DNA from: a virus
Lineage: Duplodnaviria > Heunggongvirae > Uroviricota > Caudoviricetes
Reading direction: 5' to 3' (one strand)
Length of the DNA stretch: 6,352 nt
Virus record (IMG/VR): IMGVR_UViG_2690316285_000017
Positions within the stretch are counted from its first letter, which is position 1; every line of letters begins with the position of its first letter. Position numbers and translations under genes: made by a program. This document shows, piece after piece, positions 4,436 through 6,352 of the stretch. Below the pieces are notes generated by a model. The model did no database searches. It saw nothing but the letters and a program-made list of their open reading frames with translations, and was not told where the DNA came from.

Positions 4436-5146
4436 ATGACAAACGATTTATATATTAACGGTAAAAAGGTTGATAGCTTCGGAGACTGGTCACCACAGGG
4501 TGAACATCCGCTACATACTATTCAGCGTCAAGAGCATGACAAGCGCATTGAGCTTGAGCAAGAGCTAAAGATGTCACCAAAGGTAATTTCCTTTGTGTCT
4601 CCTGAGCCTCAAGAAATGCCTGATATCTGCAAAACTGAAGCACTATTTGAGCTTGAGCGTGAATATTACCCAGCTTTAAAATCACAGCGTCTTAGACTTG
4701 ATGTCGCTTACGATGCTGTTAAGAACTTCGAAGAAACCTCGAAACCTTCAGAATATGATATTGCTTACGAGATTAAGTCAAACCCGTTTATCTATTATGA
4801 AGGAAACTTTAATGATGGTTTTGGTACAGCGATTGAAGACGTTCCTAAAGTTCTTCAAAGTATCCCTGAAGGGTTCCGGTTAATTGATGTCAGACAAGCA
4901 TTAAGGGGTTCTGGTCAATTTATTCTGATGACTGATAAAACAGATGAAGAGATTCTTCAGTTAGCTGAAGCTAATTTGACTAAGCATTATTCCGGTAAAC
5001 TGGATAAGTTAAAGCAAAAGCTTAAAAAAGAACTTGATACTATGAAAGAACTTGTTAGTGAATATGAGTCGCAGAAGAAGATTGCTTTGATGGCTGATAT
5101 TGAGCAGTTAACGAAGATTTCTCAGAAGTATAGCAAGGCTGTTTGA
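4436..5146 (+). CDS. Hypothetical protein (236 aa)
   Basis: SD gagga 8 nt upstream of the ATG; long ORF with no nested competitor of comparable quality; no motif recognised. Confidence 0.7.
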   Translation: MTNDLYINGKKVDSFGDWSPQGEHPLHTIQRQEHDKRIELEQELKMSPKVISFVSPEPQEMPDICKTEALFELEREYYPALKSQRLRLDVAYDAVKNFEETSKPSEYDIAYEIKSNPFIYYEGNFNDGFGTAIEDVPKVLQSIPEGFRLIDVRQALRGSGQFILMTDKTDEEILQLAEANLTKHYSGKLDKLKQKLKKELDTMKELVSEYESQKKIALMADIEQLTKISQKYSKAV

Positions 5147-5168
5147 TTATGAATTAAAGAGGTGATTA

Positions 5169-5378
5169 ATGTTTGAAGAACGTTTAGAGACTATTCGGTC
5201 TGTTTGTGAAAACTTAAAGTTACAAACTAAGCCAGCCTTAAGAATTAAAAACAAACGTCAAGTTATCACCTCACACAAACCAAAAACACGCAAGATTCCA
5301 AAGTGGTGTATTGACCGTATTCCTTCTGATGCTCAAATCATAGGTGAAACGGAATTACATTATCTTGTCCGACATTAA
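5169..5378 (+). CDS. Hypothetical small basic protein (69 aa)
   Basis: Strong SD agaggtga 4 nt upstream of the ATG; 22 nt after the preceding stop, so probably co-transcribed; followed by a terminator. Confidence 0.55.
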   Translation: MFEERLETIRSVCENLKLQTKPALRIKNKRQVITSHKPKTRKIPKWCIDRIPSDAQIIGETELHYLVRH

Positions 5379-5401
5379 AAAAGAATTGGTTGGGTAAATA
5401 C

Positions 5402-5444
5402 GGGGAGAGATTATCGAGTGACATCGGTAGCTCTCCCTTTTTTT
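5402..5444 (+). terminator. Rho-independent terminator
   Basis: Stem gggagag (5403-5409) pairs with ctctccc (5431-5437), followed by TTTTTTT (5438-5444); lies 24 nt after the stop at 5378. Confidence 0.6.
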
Positions 5445-5534
5445 GTATGTGTGCTACGTGAAATCTGTAAAGCTAATACCCACACTGAAAAATAGAATTT
5501 ACGTACAACACGCTTAAAGAGGTGAAAAATATGA

Positions 5535-6335
5535 ATGGCACAATTTAAAGTTGATGATTTTCTGATTGAGTTAAGTTTTAACTCTCAGAAAGTTTTAAAA
5601 GGCTTGGAAAAAGCCGAGAAACAAACGATGCAGGTAGCATCACGAATTGAGAAGCGATTGAATAAGTCGTTTAGAGTTAATCCTACGCCTTTAAATGATT
5701 CTCTCAAACTAATGGAAAGAAATGTCGATAAAACTGTTTCCAAGATTGAGCAGCGTCTTAAAAACACTAGAGCGTTTAAGATTAAAACTGAAATTGAGGA
5801 TACTTTAAAGCCACTTAGACAACCAAGACAGCCACGAATTAGCGGAAGCAGAGCAATCACAGCAGCTTACTCAGCGAATATGAGCAAGCTTCGTGACTTT
5901 AATCCTATGCTTGAGAAGTATTTTAAAAGCCAGTATTACAGCTTAAGCAGTAAATCCAAGACACTTGGAAACGAAACTTTTAATCGTGAGTTAGCAAAGT
6001 TAAATCAGTCTCTTCGTGAAACACTTTCTAAGTTTAACAAGACCACCAGCAAAAATAATCACAGTGAAAATGCTTCAAATAGTCTGGATGTATTAGCTAC
6101 GAGTGCAATCAAAGCAGGTACAGCCATTTATAGTTTTCAGACAGCCTTAGAAGCTTACAGGCGGATTATGGAGGTTGGTCTGAAAAAAGAAGCATCACAA
6201 CGAGCGGCACAATTCGTTTTAGGTGATGAAGGTGCTAAACGAGCTACAGAATTTGTTAAGAATCTTGCTGATAGTAGTGGTGTAGACCAGATTGAAACAT
6301 TAAGCAGTTTTGCTAAGTTTGAAGTGGCACACTGA
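5535..6335 (+). CDS. Hypothetical protein (266 aa), K/S/T/N-rich and probably largely helical
   Basis: SD aagaggtg 9 nt upstream of the ATG; a long ORF that ends with TGA inside the window; no family recognised from sequence. Confidence 0.6.
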   Translation: MAQFKVDDFLIELSFNSQKVLKGLEKAEKQTMQVASRIEKRLNKSFRVNPTPLNDSLKLMERNVDKTVSKIEQRLKNTRAFKIKTEIEDTLKPLRQPRQPRISGSRAITAAYSANMSKLRDFNPMLEKYFKSQYYSLSSKSKTLGNETFNRELAKLNQSLRETLSKFNKTTSKNNHSENASNSLDVLATSAIKAGTAIYSFQTALEAYRRIMEVGLKKEASQRAAQFVLGDEGAKRATEFVKNLADSSGVDQIETLSSFAKFEVAH

Positions 6336-6352
6336 ATTTGGCCACCTGAACA

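Noticed and set aside
4698-4883. 61 aa plus-strand ORF nested in an alternative frame of the 4436-5146 gene
   Set aside because: Contained within a longer ORF that has a proper SD; no start signals of its own.
5585-5860. 91 aa minus-strand ORF antisense to the 5535-6335 gene
   Set aside because: Antisense to a longer ORF with a good SD; no signals of its own.

Overview
AT-rich accessory-looking DNA, most consistent with part of a mobile element (prophage, satellite or genomic island), read from sequence alone with no database search. It opens with the 3' end of a small serine recombinase gene (C-terminal GRPxK + helix-turn-helix), followed by about 1.95 kb that is strikingly ORF-poor but dense in repeats: a perfect 2 x 28 bp tandem repeat, a 2 x ~96 bp imperfect tandem repeat, and a family of ~26 bp imperfect-palindromic arms forming two ~100-120 bp inverted-repeat elements plus a lone site. 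A small minus-strand membrane-protein ORF is transcribed divergently from a plus-strand array of small uncharacterised genes (1: 2109-2666; 2: ribbon-helix-helix-like 2667-2945; 3: degenerate HNH-like 2948-3220; 4: 3220-3420; 5: 3597-3920; then 4436-5146, 5169-5378, 5535-6335). Two promoters (P1 about 2005-2066, P2 about 3986-4047) are clearly homologous over about 65 bp, and P2 is followed by a compact leaderless small-ORF or sRNA unit ending in an intrinsic terminator. No rRNA, tRNA or CRISPR array was seen. Most proteins have no recognisable family, so functional calls are tentative; the most unusual content is the regulatory and repeat architecture rather than any recognisable enzyme.
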